The position numbers and the translations under genes were made by a program. DNA of 64,000 bases from Octopus sinensis (Eukaryota). The stretch spans positions 7,998,001 to 8,062,000 of the forward strand of contig NC_043002.1 of the NCBI RefSeq assembly GCF_006345805.1, written 5' to 3'. Numbering within the stretch: position 1 is the stretch's first letter; each line of letters opens with the position of its first letter. The notes below the pieces were generated by a model. That model saw only the letters and a list, made by a program, of their open reading frames with translations. It was not told the origin of the DNA and searched no databases. Shown piece after piece: positions 36,506 to 48,598 of the stretch.

Positions 36506-37105
36506 TATAAAAAAAAAATTACTCCACAGTGACGAAGGACCGAACTAGCGACTCTATGGTTGCGAAACAAACTTTTTAACCAATCGGCCATGTCTGCGCC
36601 AAACTCATACAGAAATACATGTGAGCACACATATACGCACATATTCACACAAACACACATACCATCGCTTCTGCCGTTCATTCTTCTTTTCACATGTCAC
36701 ATCCCTTCGTCTTTCTCGAAAGAGAAAAAGCAAAAGGAAGACTTCTCGCTCCCTTTCGCTTGATTCATTCTAACATTTCTTTGAATTTCTATCTCTTTCT
36801 TCCTCATCCACACCCTCCTCCTCCTCATCCTCCACTCTAACCATCTCTTTGTTCTTTTTCTCATTCCACCTATCATTTCTCTTCAACATCTTTTTTTTCC
36901 TTTTTCACCACAAAGAAATCCCGCCGAACGATTCAATCCAGAAACTGTAGCGAGATGACAAGACTGCTGAAAATTCGATTCATTCTACTGGAAGAGATTT
37001 CCCTACAAGTCACTGCATTCGCATCTCCTTATATTTATGCATATGTGTGTATGTGTGAGTTTTTGTGTGTTGTGTGTGTTTTGTGTGGTGTGTGTGTGTG
37101 TGTGT

Positions 37106-37137
<32 letters not shown>

Positions 37138-37755
37138 GTGTGTGTGTTGTGTGTGTGTGTGCGTGTGTGTATATGTGTGTACTCGTAGGAATGGCTGCTA
37201 GGTTAAAAATTTCTCGGCGCAGTCGTGAAGGCCAAATTTCGATTCCACTGAACAGCAACTTGAGAACCTTGTGGCAACATGAAAAAAGTGTTTTCTGCCA
37301 AAGCTTCTTCCGAGCAAACTTTGGCAGGTGAAAACTGTAAAAGGAAGCCTATAAGATATACAGTACATGTATTTCAAATTATTGATTTTCAAATTTTGGC
37401 ACCAGGCCAGCAATTTCGTGGTGGAGGCTTAAGTAGATTACATCGATTCCAGTACTCAACTGGTACTTATTTTTGTTAATCCCAAAAATAAAAAGCGAAG
37501 TCGACCCAAGCGGAACTTGAACACAGAATGCAAAGACGGCCGCACTACCGCTAAGCACCTCGCCCGGTGTGCTAACGATTCTGCCAGCTCGCCGACTTAA
37601 ATGCATTTCAAAATATCCACCCCTTTTTTGTGTGTGTGGTGGGGTGCAGGGATGCTTGAGTATGAGTGCGAACGTTTGTGTATGTGTCTGTATATGTGTA
37701 TCAGTCCATCTGTCCATCTATCCACGCACCATCACATCTACCTATTTATTTACTT

Positions 37756-37983
37756 GGCGAGCTGGCAGAAACGTTGGCACACCGGACGAAATACGTAGCA
37801 GTATTTCGTCTGCCGTTACGTTCTGAGTTCAAATTCCGCCGAGGTCGACTTTGCCTTTCATCCTTTCGGGGTCGATTAAATAAGTACCAGTTACGCACTG
37901 GTTCGATGTAATCGACTTAATCTGTTCGTCTGTCCTTGTTTGTCCTCTCTGTGTTTAGCCCCTTGTGGGTAGTAAAGAAATAG
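37756..37983 (+). mobile_element. SINE family A
   Basis: Near full-length; possible TSD TTATTTACTT. A variant minus-strand copy lies at about 37390-37596. Confidence 0.88.
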
Positions 37984-38090
37984 TTATTTACTTATCTTTC
38001 CTACAGTCGTCGATTTGAAATAGTTTAAGCGACATGTTAATAGCCTCAATCTCACTGTGGTCGAAAGGACTGCGAAGGACATAAACATAC

Positions 38091-38321
38091 CTCTTTCTTT
38101 ACTACCCACAAGGGGCTAAACACACAGCGGACAAACAAGGACAGACAAACGGATCAAGTCGATTATATCGACCCCAGTGCGTAACTGGTACTTATTTAAT
38201 CGACCCCGAAAGGATGAAAGACAAAGTCGACCTCGGCGGAATTTGAGCTCAGAACGTAGCGGCAGACGGAATACCGCTAAGCATTTCGCCCGACGAGCTA
38301 ACGATTCTGCCAGCTCGCCAC
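38091..38321 (-). mobile_element. SINE family A with 15-bp TSD
   Basis: TSD AGGACATAAA(C/T)ATAC. Confidence 0.88.
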
Positions 38322-38388
38322 CATAAGGACATAAATATACTGTGGGCCAACCAACTCGGAATCAAACTCATCTACGTGCTGTCTAGAT

Positions 38389-39190
38389 CAGTGTTTCCCG
38401 ACATGGGGCGTGGGAAAATGGAGCGGGGCATGCCATAGAGTGGGCTGTGAAAATTTTTGCAAGTGACTTGAGCGCACATATGTCGACCCTAAGCCTATCT
38501 TTGGACATTGAAATGAAAAAAACATCCCCATGCAATATCTATACTTAAACCGTGGGAATCGGTGTAGCTACGACCAATCCAGCATACTGAGTGAGGTATT
38601 TGCATTCGTTAGGCGTTTGTTTCTCTGTTTCAATATCCATTGTCCAAGAGAACTATTGATTCATTTTCCTTTGGCTTATTTTGTCGAATGTGGATTCAGT
38701 CGACAGTTTGCTGGAAGCCAAGAGAAACCAGCTTGATGATTTACGGCTGAAGTTAACGAAATTGCCTCCCCAAATCAAGGATCTGTGCCGTATGCACCAG
38801 GCACAGGATTCTCACTAAATGAGTTGAGGTATCCGTTAGCACGCCGGGCGAAATGCTTAGTGGTATTTCGTCTGCCGCTACGTTCTGAGTTCAAATTCCG
38901 CCGAGGTCGACTTTGCCTTTCATCCTTTCGGGGTCGATTAAATAAGTGCCAGCTACGCACTGGGCTCGATCTAATCGACTTAATCCGTTTGTCTGTCCTT
39001 GTTCGTCTCCTCTGTGTTTAGCCCCTTGTGGGTATAAAGAAATAGGTATCAGTCAGCCAGGTAATTGAATTTTTAAAAAATACAACATTGATGGGCACCA
39101 GATTTTTTGTTATTAAAAAGTGAGACACTGGAAAAAGTTGTTATTAAAAAGTGAGGCACCACAAAAAAGAAAGGGGGCTGGAAAACACTG
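38389..39190 (+). mobile_element. hAT-Charlie internal-deletion derivative with a nested SINE-A (about 38831-39047)
   Basis: TIR CAGTGTTTCC / GGAAAACACTG; 8-bp TSD GTCTAGAT/GTTTAGAT; C-terminal dimerisation-domain translation LLIHFPLAYFVECGFS...DLRLKLT...HQAQ.SH*. Confidence 0.85.
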
Positions 39191-39690
39191 GTTTAGATCA
39201 TCATCAAAAGAATTGATCACCTTAGAAATCAAGGTGACCCCTGATAAGGTGGAAGATGAAGTAATTACTGTCATTATATTAACCAAGGCAAGTTGGAGAG
39301 ATTACCAATGAGAAATGGTACCACGAGTGAACACTTATGTTAGCTGGCAATGGTTCTGCTAGACCTAGGTCCGGTTAAAGTGCTTGGGACTTGATTCAAT
39401 CCCAACTTTCAGGTGGACGAACACTGAATGGGGACGACGTGCAGAGTGACCAATAGTAACACTTTGATTGATTGAAAGTGATCTCCCTCTGAAAGGTCAG
39501 GAAGAAGGGAAATGTGAGGTAGTAGGGCATTACACACACACGCATATTAGAGGAGACAGGGGATAGAAAAAAGATTGGGAATGAGTCAAGAGACAGCATT
39601 GTGGCACTAGTAATTATAAAATTTATCGATTGTCAATATATATATATTAGTTATAAGGATGAAAATTACACCGCCTTATAGATAGAGTGG

Positions 39691-39908
39691 TGCGGCGAGC
39701 TGGCAGAAACGTTAGCACGCCGGGCGAAATGCGTAGCCGTATTTCGTCTGCCGTTACGTTCCGAGTTCAAATTCCACCGACGTCGACTTTACCTTTCATC
39801 CTTTCGGGGTCGATAATTTAAGTACCAGTTACGCACTGGGGTCGATGTAATCGACTTAATCCGTTTGTCTGTTCTTGTTTAGCCCCTTGTGAGTAGTAAA
39901 GAAATAGG
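39691..39908 (+). mobile_element. SINE family A
   Basis: Family-A head, core and tail. Confidence 0.88.
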
Positions 39909-39994
39909 TGTATAAATAGATAAAAGAAGATATGAATATTTTTATTTAAAGTTTAAGCGCATGCGCACACGCACACTCAAAATACATATACACA

Positions 39995-40285
39995 TATGTG
40001 TGTATGTATGTACGTACGTATGTATGTATGAATGTACGTATGTACGTATGTACGTATGTATGTATGTACGTACGTACGTGTGTATGTATGTATGTACGTA
40101 CGTACGTACGTATGTATGTATGTTTGTATGTATGTACGTACGTACGTACGTACGTATGTATGTATGTATGTATGTACTTACGTATTTATGTATGTATGTA
40201 TGTTTGTATGTATGTATGTACGTATGTATGTATGTATGTATGTACGCATGTACGTATGCATGTATGTATGTATGTATGTATGTAC

Positions 40286-40316
<31 letters not shown>

Positions 40317-40415
40317 CGTACGTACGCATGTATGTATGTATGTATGTACGTACGTACGCATGTATGTATGTATGTATGTATGTATGTATGTATGTATGCA
40401 TGTATGTATGTATGT
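39995..40415. repeat. (TATG/TACG)n microsatellite
   Basis: Directly visible. Confidence 0.96.
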
Positions 40416-41169
40416 GCATTGTTTTGTCTCGTTCGTATTTCGTATCCTCTTAGACATTTGTCAATGCTCATTAATTCGACACCCTGTCACTTATTGCACA
40501 ACACCAATACATAACATTGTTCCTGCAGGTTTCTGTCATAAAAAAATTGTATTCTCTGGAAAGGGTAAGAGAAATTGAAAGAGAAAGAGATTAATGTTAA
40601 CTGATGATTATATTTAGCAGGGAAGCATTGTTGTTCAGAAAACAAAAGGGGAAAAATAGCAGAAAAAAAGAGCAAAACACAAAAATAATATTCGGTTATT
40701 AGTGATGACAGGTATACAGACACAATAAAGATATATGAGTGGAAAACGGAAGTGGTATTTCGGTTACTTCCTTGTCTCAAATCGGGATAATTTTACGACT
40801 TATTTCAGAGTTTGTCAGTATGAAATCTTCCATCACTTCCGTTGTAATTCTACTCTTAATAATTGCAAACGTATTGTGTAGAACGCTGATTCGATTTCTG
40901 TTTCTAAAATGACATCTATCGTTCGTTAAATCAAGCGCCTTCACCCGATTCTTAACTATCTTAAATCACTGACCCGCGACAACTGATCAACAGCTTAAAT
41001 TTGACTCGATAAGCCAAGACGTAAATCTCAGTTTACAAGAGAATAGTTTCAGTTTCAAAGAGCGAAATATGGAAACATCTAAATAGTTTGGTCTAAATGA
41101 CGTCAGCATATGAGACAAAACTGAGCTGTGAATGAAAGAAGACAGCAGAATAATATGGCTGGTTTCGTC

Positions 41170-41540
41170 AATATAATACCCACTTCTTCTTCTTCTTGTT
41201 CTTCTTCTTCTTCTTCTTCTTCTTCTTCTTCTTTTTCTTCTTCTTCTCCTTTTTCTTCTTCTTCTACTTCTTCTCCTTCTTCTTCTTCTTCTACTTCTTC
41301 TTCTTCTACTTCTTTTTCTTCTCCGCCTCCTCCTCCTCCTCCTCCTCCTTCTTCTCCTCCTCCTTCTTCTTCTCCTTCTTCTTCTTCTTCTCCTTCTTCT
41401 TCTCCTTCTTCTTCTTCTTCTTCTTCTTTTTCTTCTCCTCCTCCTCCTCCTCCTTGTTCTTGTTCTTGTTCTTGTTCTTCTTTTTGTTCTTCTTGTTCTT
41501 CTTCTTCTTCTTCTCTTCTTCTTCTTCTTCTTCTTCTTTA
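41170..41540. repeat. (CTT/CCT)n trinucleotide repeat
   Basis: Directly visible; gives poly-R/S/F pseudo-ORFs. Confidence 0.96.
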
Positions 41541-41560
41541 TATGTGTGTGTGTGTGTGAA

Positions 41561-41760
41561 GGCGCGTGGCGTGGCTTAGTGGTTAGGCTGTCGCATTCAT
41601 GATCGCTAGATCGTGCGTTCGATTCCCAGACCAAGAGGCGCGTTGTGTTCTTGAACAAAACACTTCATTTCACGTTGCTCCATTTCCCCTTTCAATTAGG
41701 AGAAGAACGTTGGCCTGCTCGCCCAGCCAGCGGGGCGGCATCATTCGGAGGTTAAAACAA
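41561..41760 (+). mobile_element. tRNA-derived SINE, family C
   Basis: GGCGTGGCTTAGTGGTTAG A box, GTTCGATTCC B box, then GTGTTCTTGAACAAAACACTT; related minus copy at about 26950-27145. Confidence 0.7.
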
Positions 41761-41895
41761 ACTGTTTTCGGGATTTAGCGCGCCAGAGCTGAGACGTTTG
41801 AAAATAACCTTAATATAATCGGTAGAACTGTACACACATCTAATTTTATGAGGACAATCTGTGTATAGTTCTGCAAATTATATTGAATTATAACG

Positions 41896-41962
41896 GTCGT
41901 ACTGAAGAGCCACGGACGTTGTTACGTAAGTAAAATCGTTAATGGCAAAATTAGTCTACGAT
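41896..41962 (+). ncRNA. Decayed type I hammerhead ribozyme
   Basis: Stem I TCGTA/TACGA; CTGAAGA; stem II GCCA/TGGC extending to TTAC-GTAA-GTAA; AAAA in place of GAAA; TTAGTC (probably from CTAGTC). Confidence 0.65.
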
Positions 41963-42247
41963 TAATTCTTTATTTTGTATATTTTCATTTGTCTAACTCG
42001 CTTATGTTCTGGTGTTTGCTGAATTTTTCTAGAGAACATTCTTTTCCTTTGTGGTTAGATCGTAGGTGATCTATTTCTAGCATATTGGATGTCCACTTAG
42101 TGGTCATCCCTTCTTATACGCATATATATATATATATATATATAAGTAGGTGAATGAATTATCCTAGTATGGATAATTCGTTTAATCGATACCTGGGTAG
42201 CAAATTCACGTCAGAAAACACGGTTGTTCGTCTTGAGGCTGATAGAG

Positions 42248-42348
42248 GTTCCTTGTCTTTCCTGATGAGAAGACTGCATAACGCACCCTTCATTCCTTCG
42301 GAATTAAGAGTATGCAGTCTTCGAAACATGTGTCGAAAGTAAAGGAAT
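42248..42348 (+). ncRNA. Type I hammerhead ribozyme with intact canonical core
   Basis: Stem I CTTTC (42257-61)/GAAAG (42335-39) plus distal GTTCCTT/AAGGAAT; CTGATGA 42262-68; stem II GAAGACTGCATA/TATGCAGTCTTC (12 bp perfect); GAAA 42323-26; stem III AC-ATGT-GT; GTC site, predicted cleavage after 42334. Confidence 0.88.
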
Positions 42349-42818
42349 TTTGTTAAAATCTTCGTTCGACTCCATTCTTTTCATATATATATATATATAT
42401 GCACATTGCTGTCTCTTCTCGGTCTCTCGCTTACACATCAATAATAATTATGAATACGAAAGATACCGCAGCGAATAGCAATCAGCATGGAGGTGTGACA
42501 GTGAGTTGCTGGGAAGATTCGATCAAATCTGAAACAATCACGAACCAGGAATTAAGAATCCACAAGAACAATGAAAGGAAACTATGTTCTAATGTAAGCC
42601 AACTCAGGAAACTGGAGTATATATATAAAAGAAAAATAATAAATTCCCTCAGGTACGCCGCCACAACAACACATGCGTAAAAATGTAAAGACATGGATTG
42701 CAATATTTCTATACGAAAACTGCAAATTTGTGAGTAGAATATTAAATTTGATATTTTAATTACATATACATCCATATTCATACAAGACCTCTCTCTCTAT
42801 ATATATGTGTATATGTAT

Positions 42819-42850
<32 letters not shown>

Positions 42851-42878
42851 AATCTTGCACAACAAGTATTTAAACGTA

Positions 42879-42951
<73 letters not shown>

Positions 42952-42955
<4 letters not shown>

Positions 42956-43310
42956 GCAGGGTCTTGCACAGACATGTGTAAAGCTGGACTCAAGAGTTAT
43001 CTTCGTAGTCATAAAGCGAGACATATGAGTGACAACCTGGCCACTGGTGGTGGTGTAACACACCATACAAATCATATCTGTCGGGCATGTGGAAGAGAGT
43101 GTAATTCGGCAGGAGGACTTAAATGAAATGCAAAGGTACATGAAGCCCGGTTACAACTACAGCCGGCTATTACCAGTAAAGGTTTTAGCTGCCAATTCTG
43201 TACAAGACATTGTAGATCTTTAGCTGGGTTAAAAAGTCACATTCGATCACAGCACCAGTAACAGTTAAGCTTTGTGCAATGGCCATACTCGATAACGAGG
43301 GGGCAGCCAT
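42952..43310 (+). mobile_element. RTE-type LINE 3' end, 5'-truncated, in (TA)n
   Basis: [17 protein letters not shown].. and FSCQFCTRHCRSLAGLKSHIRSQH*; RTE ORFs end in CxxCxRxCxSxxGLxSH motifs; short 3'UTR. Confidence 0.72.
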
Positions 43311-43336
43311 AATATATATATATATATATATATATA

Positions 43337-44606
43337 CGAGGGGCGTTCAATAAGTAATGCTCCTGACGCACTTGCAGTTGTTTGATCTAGCTGAAATTTT
43401 GCATGTGCACTTATTTATACCTCTATAGATTAAGTGGCGAATTACAGCTCTGAACTAATTGTGGTTTCTGATTTACAGGTGTTTGAACTGAGTCAAGTGT
43501 GAAATGGAGCCTGTTGAGTGTCGAGCAGTGATCTGGTTTTTGTATTTGAAAGGACGCACACCACGGGAGACTTTTGATGAAATGAAAGTAACTTATGGTG
43601 ATGATGCCCCATCACATGAACTTGTAAAACGCTGGCATTGTGAATTCAAACATAGTCGGAACTCTGTGGAAACAGCTCCCAGATCTGGTCGCCCCCTTCT
43701 GCCGTTGATGAGACGTCTGTCCGTCAAGTTGAGGCTGCCATTTTGGAAGGTCAACACATAACTATTCGCCAAATAGCCCATAAGGTCAAGATTAGTACCG
43801 GGTCTGTGGAAACTATCATTCATGACCATTTTCATATGCAAAAGGTGTCTGCCAGATGGATTTCCAGGTTGCTCACACCTTTCCAGAAGCAAGAACGCGT
43901 TGAGAGCTCGAGGATGAATTTGGAGATGTGCCAAGAAGATGAGTCAACATTTTTCAAAAGACTGATTACACAGGATGAAACCTGGGTCCATCACTATGAT
44001 CCATAGACCAAAGCCCAGTCAATGCAGTGAAAGCACCGTGACTCACCTCCTCCAAAGAAGGCAAGGGTGCAGCCCTCCGCTGACAAGGTTATGCTCACAG
44101 TCTTCTGGGACCAGGGCGGAGTAGTGATGACAGATTTCCTGGAAAACGGTACCACAATTACAGGAGCCTATTATGCTTCACTTTTGAGGAAATTAAGAGA
44201 AGCTATCAAAATCAAGAGGCGGGGCAAGATCAGCAAAGGTATCCTCCTCCTGCAGGACAACGCTCCGGTCCACAACTCGCGTGTCGCCAGATCAGAAGCA
44301 CAGGCGTGCAGCTATGAACTCCTTCCATTGCACCCTCTGATTTTCACCTCTTCCCAGCCATGAAGTTGATTTTGAAAGGAAAGCGTTTCCCAGATGATGC
44401 AGCCTTGATTTCTGAAGTTACGTCGTGGTTGGAGGACCAAGCTGGGGTCTTCTACAAAAACGGTCTCCAGAGCTGTATCAAACGATGGGAGAAATGCATA
44501 ACTCTGGGTAGTTCCTATGTAGGAAAAGACTAATAACTGTGCCAAGTGTCGTTGCTCTACTGCTATGGGAAGTGGGTCAGGGGCATTACTTATTGAACGC
44601 CCCTCG
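43337..44606 (+). mobile_element. Mariner (DD34D) transposon, copy 2, multiply disabled
   Basis: Same TIRs as copy 1, inserted in (TA)n; frameshift near 43700, stops near 44005 and 44030, about 20-bp deletion removing PPYxPD. Confidence 0.95.
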
Positions 44607-44726
44607 TATATATATTATATATATATATCACCTTGATCACCTTGACCGACGAGTCCGTCAGGCGTCCATTTGACACCGCTGGTCACAGCGAGCTGTCCAC
44701 TTCTCATATATATGAACAGTGCAACT

Positions 44727-44779
<53 letters not shown>

Positions 44780-45454
44780 CACATTGCTGTCTCTTCTCGG
44801 TCTCTCGCTTACACGTCAATAATAATTATGAATACGAACGAAACATCAACACATGTCAATGAGCGTAAAAACGAAACCATAACAAAACCAAAGGATGGTG
44901 GACTAGAACATGTTGAATTGGTTCTTTTCAAGGCAGCGCTGTCAACGGCCACTGGTAGTAGTAAACACGTTTGACCTCTGCTGAACCGAAGGGGTGCGAA
45001 GATCCTTTTGTCTCTGTGGCTGACCTCACCACAATCTTAAAAGTTGCTTAAAAGGTGCTTTTGAAAATATCTGCATTTCCCGAATATCTCTAATCTAGTG
45101 TTTAAACAAAAATCTCAGATACAAATGTTTGGGGGATTTTCTTCTCTGCTATGCACATATGACTTTATCTTCCTGCTGATAGAATTTGAACTTCTTACTA
45201 TTTTCGATTTGAAGCAATTTTTCAATTTCCGGATGTACCTAACCAATTTCGTACACTTCTGCTTCATTTGAGTACCTAAAATATGCATGACTATAACACC
45301 TTAGTTTATATTTTCTTTAAGATTTAAACAGATCTTCCAAGATGGTGTGCACATACATACATACATACATACATACATACATACATACATACATACATAC
45401 ATACATACACACATACATACATACGCGTTCGCGTATGTGTACGAATACAGAAAG

Positions 45455-45502
<48 letters not shown>

Positions 45503-45511
45503 GCATACAAA

Positions 45512-45549
<38 letters not shown>

Positions 45550-46720
45550 TGTATATATACATAAAAGGATAATTACGTATGTAGATGTATTCACATATTT
45601 GTACGTATATATGCGCGCAAAAGATGTATCCGATGTATAGATGTGTATATACAGATGGGCGCACGCGCACACACACGCACATACGTATATATGTGTCTGT
45701 GTATGCGTGTGTGAGCGTGATCTATAAAAGATAAAGAGAGAAGGGAGAAGAAAGAAAGAGACAGACCGGTAGACAGACAAAGAGACATACTGATAGACAG
45801 ATAGACAAAGAGAGAGAGACAGAGTGATCGGTGCGTGTATAGATAACAAAATTGACTCTGTTTGACCCATTTATGCATTTTTCTAATTGTCAATAAATAA
45901 AACTTTGTTTTATTTCCGTCAGTTACAATAAAAAAAACACTACGACCGACATCATTATTGGCATTAGAACTATAATGAGGGCGAAGCCTTATTGATTGTA
46001 CGGCTATTAAAGTTTCATTTCGTTTCGACTGTGCTTTATGGAGCGTTCTTATTGGCCTTGTAGCCAAGGTAATAGTTTGGTCTCTCGAATAAATGGTCGT
46101 AAGTTCGTGTCCTTTTGTTGCCACTGTTACTTTTTTAATCTTTTAGTTAGGACAATGTCCATGGCCTTTCACAGAGGCCCCAAGATTGGTGAGAGAGAAA
46201 GAGAAAGGGCAGTATCGACAAACCACAAAAGGCACCCAGTGTGCCTCGTGGCTGTGTTAAACTAGAGGACGAAATATGACTATGGGACACTAGTATCTAT
46301 GACCCATTTATTAGGTTTCTGACACCAATAGGAGGGGGACGAAGGGTAAAATAATGGTAAAACAATGGTAAAATAAAGGAGGGGAGCAACGCTCATGATA
46401 TTCTTTATAGCGTCTAAGACTATTGAGTAGAAAGAAGGTATCCGACGACCAAAGACCTCGCCAGAAGGCTAGCAAAAATGTAGACTCTTCTAAAAATATC
46501 CCAAAGTCAGATGGTAAACACAACAAGCAATTAAGTTTAACTATGAAGAAAACGAACTAACACAAAGATGGGTTTCTACTTATTGCTCTCTGCGAAATAT
46601 CAGCACCCCGAGGTTATGGTAGAAAACCCTAGGACAAGGTACCAAGCAGAAGGGTTCGATTAAACCAGACACTATGTTGTTATGACCTAAACTACTTTAC
46701 CACGCAGGTATTCTTGCGCC

Positions 46721-46903
46721 GAGCTGGAAAAGGCGGCGAGCTGGCAGAAACGTAAGCACGCCGAGGTCGACTTTACCTTTCATCCTTTCGGGGTCGATAA
46801 ATTAAGTACCAGTTAAAAACTGGGTCGACGTAATCGACTTAATCCGTTTGTCTGTCCTTGTTTGTCCACACTGTGTTTAGCCCCTCGTGGGTAGTAAAGA
46901 AAT
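46721..46903 (+). mobile_element. Internally deleted SINE-A with 15-bp TSD
   Basis: TSD AGGTATTCTTGCGCC at 46706-46720 and 46904-46918. Confidence 0.9.
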
Positions 46904-46986
46904 AGGTATTCTTGCGCCCGTTAATTCGTTCTATGCTTTCAGTCATTAAACCGTTGCCAACAGCAGTTCTAGCGGGTTTTATTGAT

Positions 46987-47071
<85 letters not shown>

Positions 47072-47129
47072 TGTTTAAGCTGTCTGTGAGTTCATAAGTC
47101 TGTCAGTAGAGTGGGTATATTAAAGTATA

Positions 47130-47361
47130 CAGTATTATATATGCATTACGGCCGATCTTACCAATCGGTCTCGTACAATGGTGTGTTAGTTGACAGTCCG
47201 ATTATGTAACCCTGCGGTCTTCAGATGTCGCTGTATTTCATTCCATTACGGCTACCTCTGAAGAGCGCAAGGTTACATAATCGGACTGCTACCTAACATT
47301 CCGTTGAACCCCTAGTGCGAAACCGATTTGTAAAATCGACCGTAATGGATATGTAATACTG
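47130..47361. mobile_element. Fold-back MITE, Tc1/pogo-type ends
   Basis: TA|CAGTATTA...TAATACTG|TA; arms about 100 bp, including CAGTCCGATTATGTAACC/GGTTACATAATCGGACTG. Confidence 0.85.
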
Positions 47362-47529
47362 TACACATCGATTAATATATATTTTTTTTCTTTGTTTCCG
47401 CTCAGAGCTGCGGCCATGCTGATGCACCGCCGTTTAAATTATATATATATATAATATATATATAATAATAATATATATATATATCTATATATGTATGTAT
47501 GTATGAATGTATGCATGTATGTATGTATA

Positions 47530-47965
47530 GACATTCCTACACATGTGTGCCTCTTCCCCACACGCACACAGACTTTGTTACCTCATAACTTTTAGGGAAA
47601 TGGGTAATTTTTTATGAAATTTTCAATAAATATCTTTCAGAGTGTGTAGATTACGATTATATCGGAATTCAATATGGAAAGACAAATTTGGTGACCTCGT
47701 ACTCATGCATATTAACACATGTCACATATATCTAAAAAAAAGGAAACTGAAATTTCGGAAAAAATTGTGACGTGTCAGTATGTACGTGTGAGTGTGCTCA
47801 CTATTCTTCTTTTTACACCAAATTCAGATATAATTTACACACTCTGAAAAGTATTTGAAGAAAATTTCATTAAAAGATACCAATTTCTCTGAAAGTTATG
47901 AGGAAACAAAACCAACTTATCTGAATTTTCGAAACTCCACTCCTACACACACTCTAGGGAATGCC
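47530..47965. mobile_element. Fold-back element with long imperfect arms
   Basis: GTTACCTCATAACTTT...TTTCAGAGTGTGTAGATTA is mirrored by TAATTTACACACTCTGAAA...AAAGTTATGAGGAAAC. Confidence 0.7.
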
Positions 47966-47996
47966 ACAAGTTAACGAGAAAAAATAATGCTTTTAC

Positions 47997-48089
<93 letters not shown>

Positions 48090-48090
<1 letters not shown>

Positions 48091-48320
48091 GGCGGCGAGC
48101 TGGCAGAAACGTTAGCACGTCGGACGAAATGCGTAGCCGTATTTCGTCTGCCGTTACGTTCTGAGTTCAAATTCCGCCGAGGTCGACTTTGCCTTTCATC
48201 CTTTCGGGATCGATAAATTAAGTACCAGTTACGCACTGGGTCGATATAATCGTCTTAATCCGTTTGTCTGTCCTTGTTTGTCCCCTCTGTGTTTAACCCC
48301 TTGTGGGTAATAGAGAAACA
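48090..48320 (+). mobile_element. SINE family A adjacent to (TAA)n
   Basis: Full-length copy following the 47998-48089 (TAA)n tract. Confidence 0.9.
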
Positions 48321-48598
48321 GATAAAAGATAATACTTTGAATGATAAAATAAAACGAATTTGCAATCAGAGTGCACAACATCGTAGGAGGTTAATGTATG
48401 TATAGTCCTATATTCAAACCATTCTAGTTATATCACAGTAATGCAAGCATGACTGTGGGGTTAAGTAGTTCGTTTCACACCATTTAGTGCAAGGTTTAAT
48501 TTTACTATGTTAGGTTGACTAGCTCAAGAAATATTTTTAAGGATTATTGGTTATTTTCTCTAGTGTGTAGATAAAGGGACTGTGCAGAGATTAGCTTG

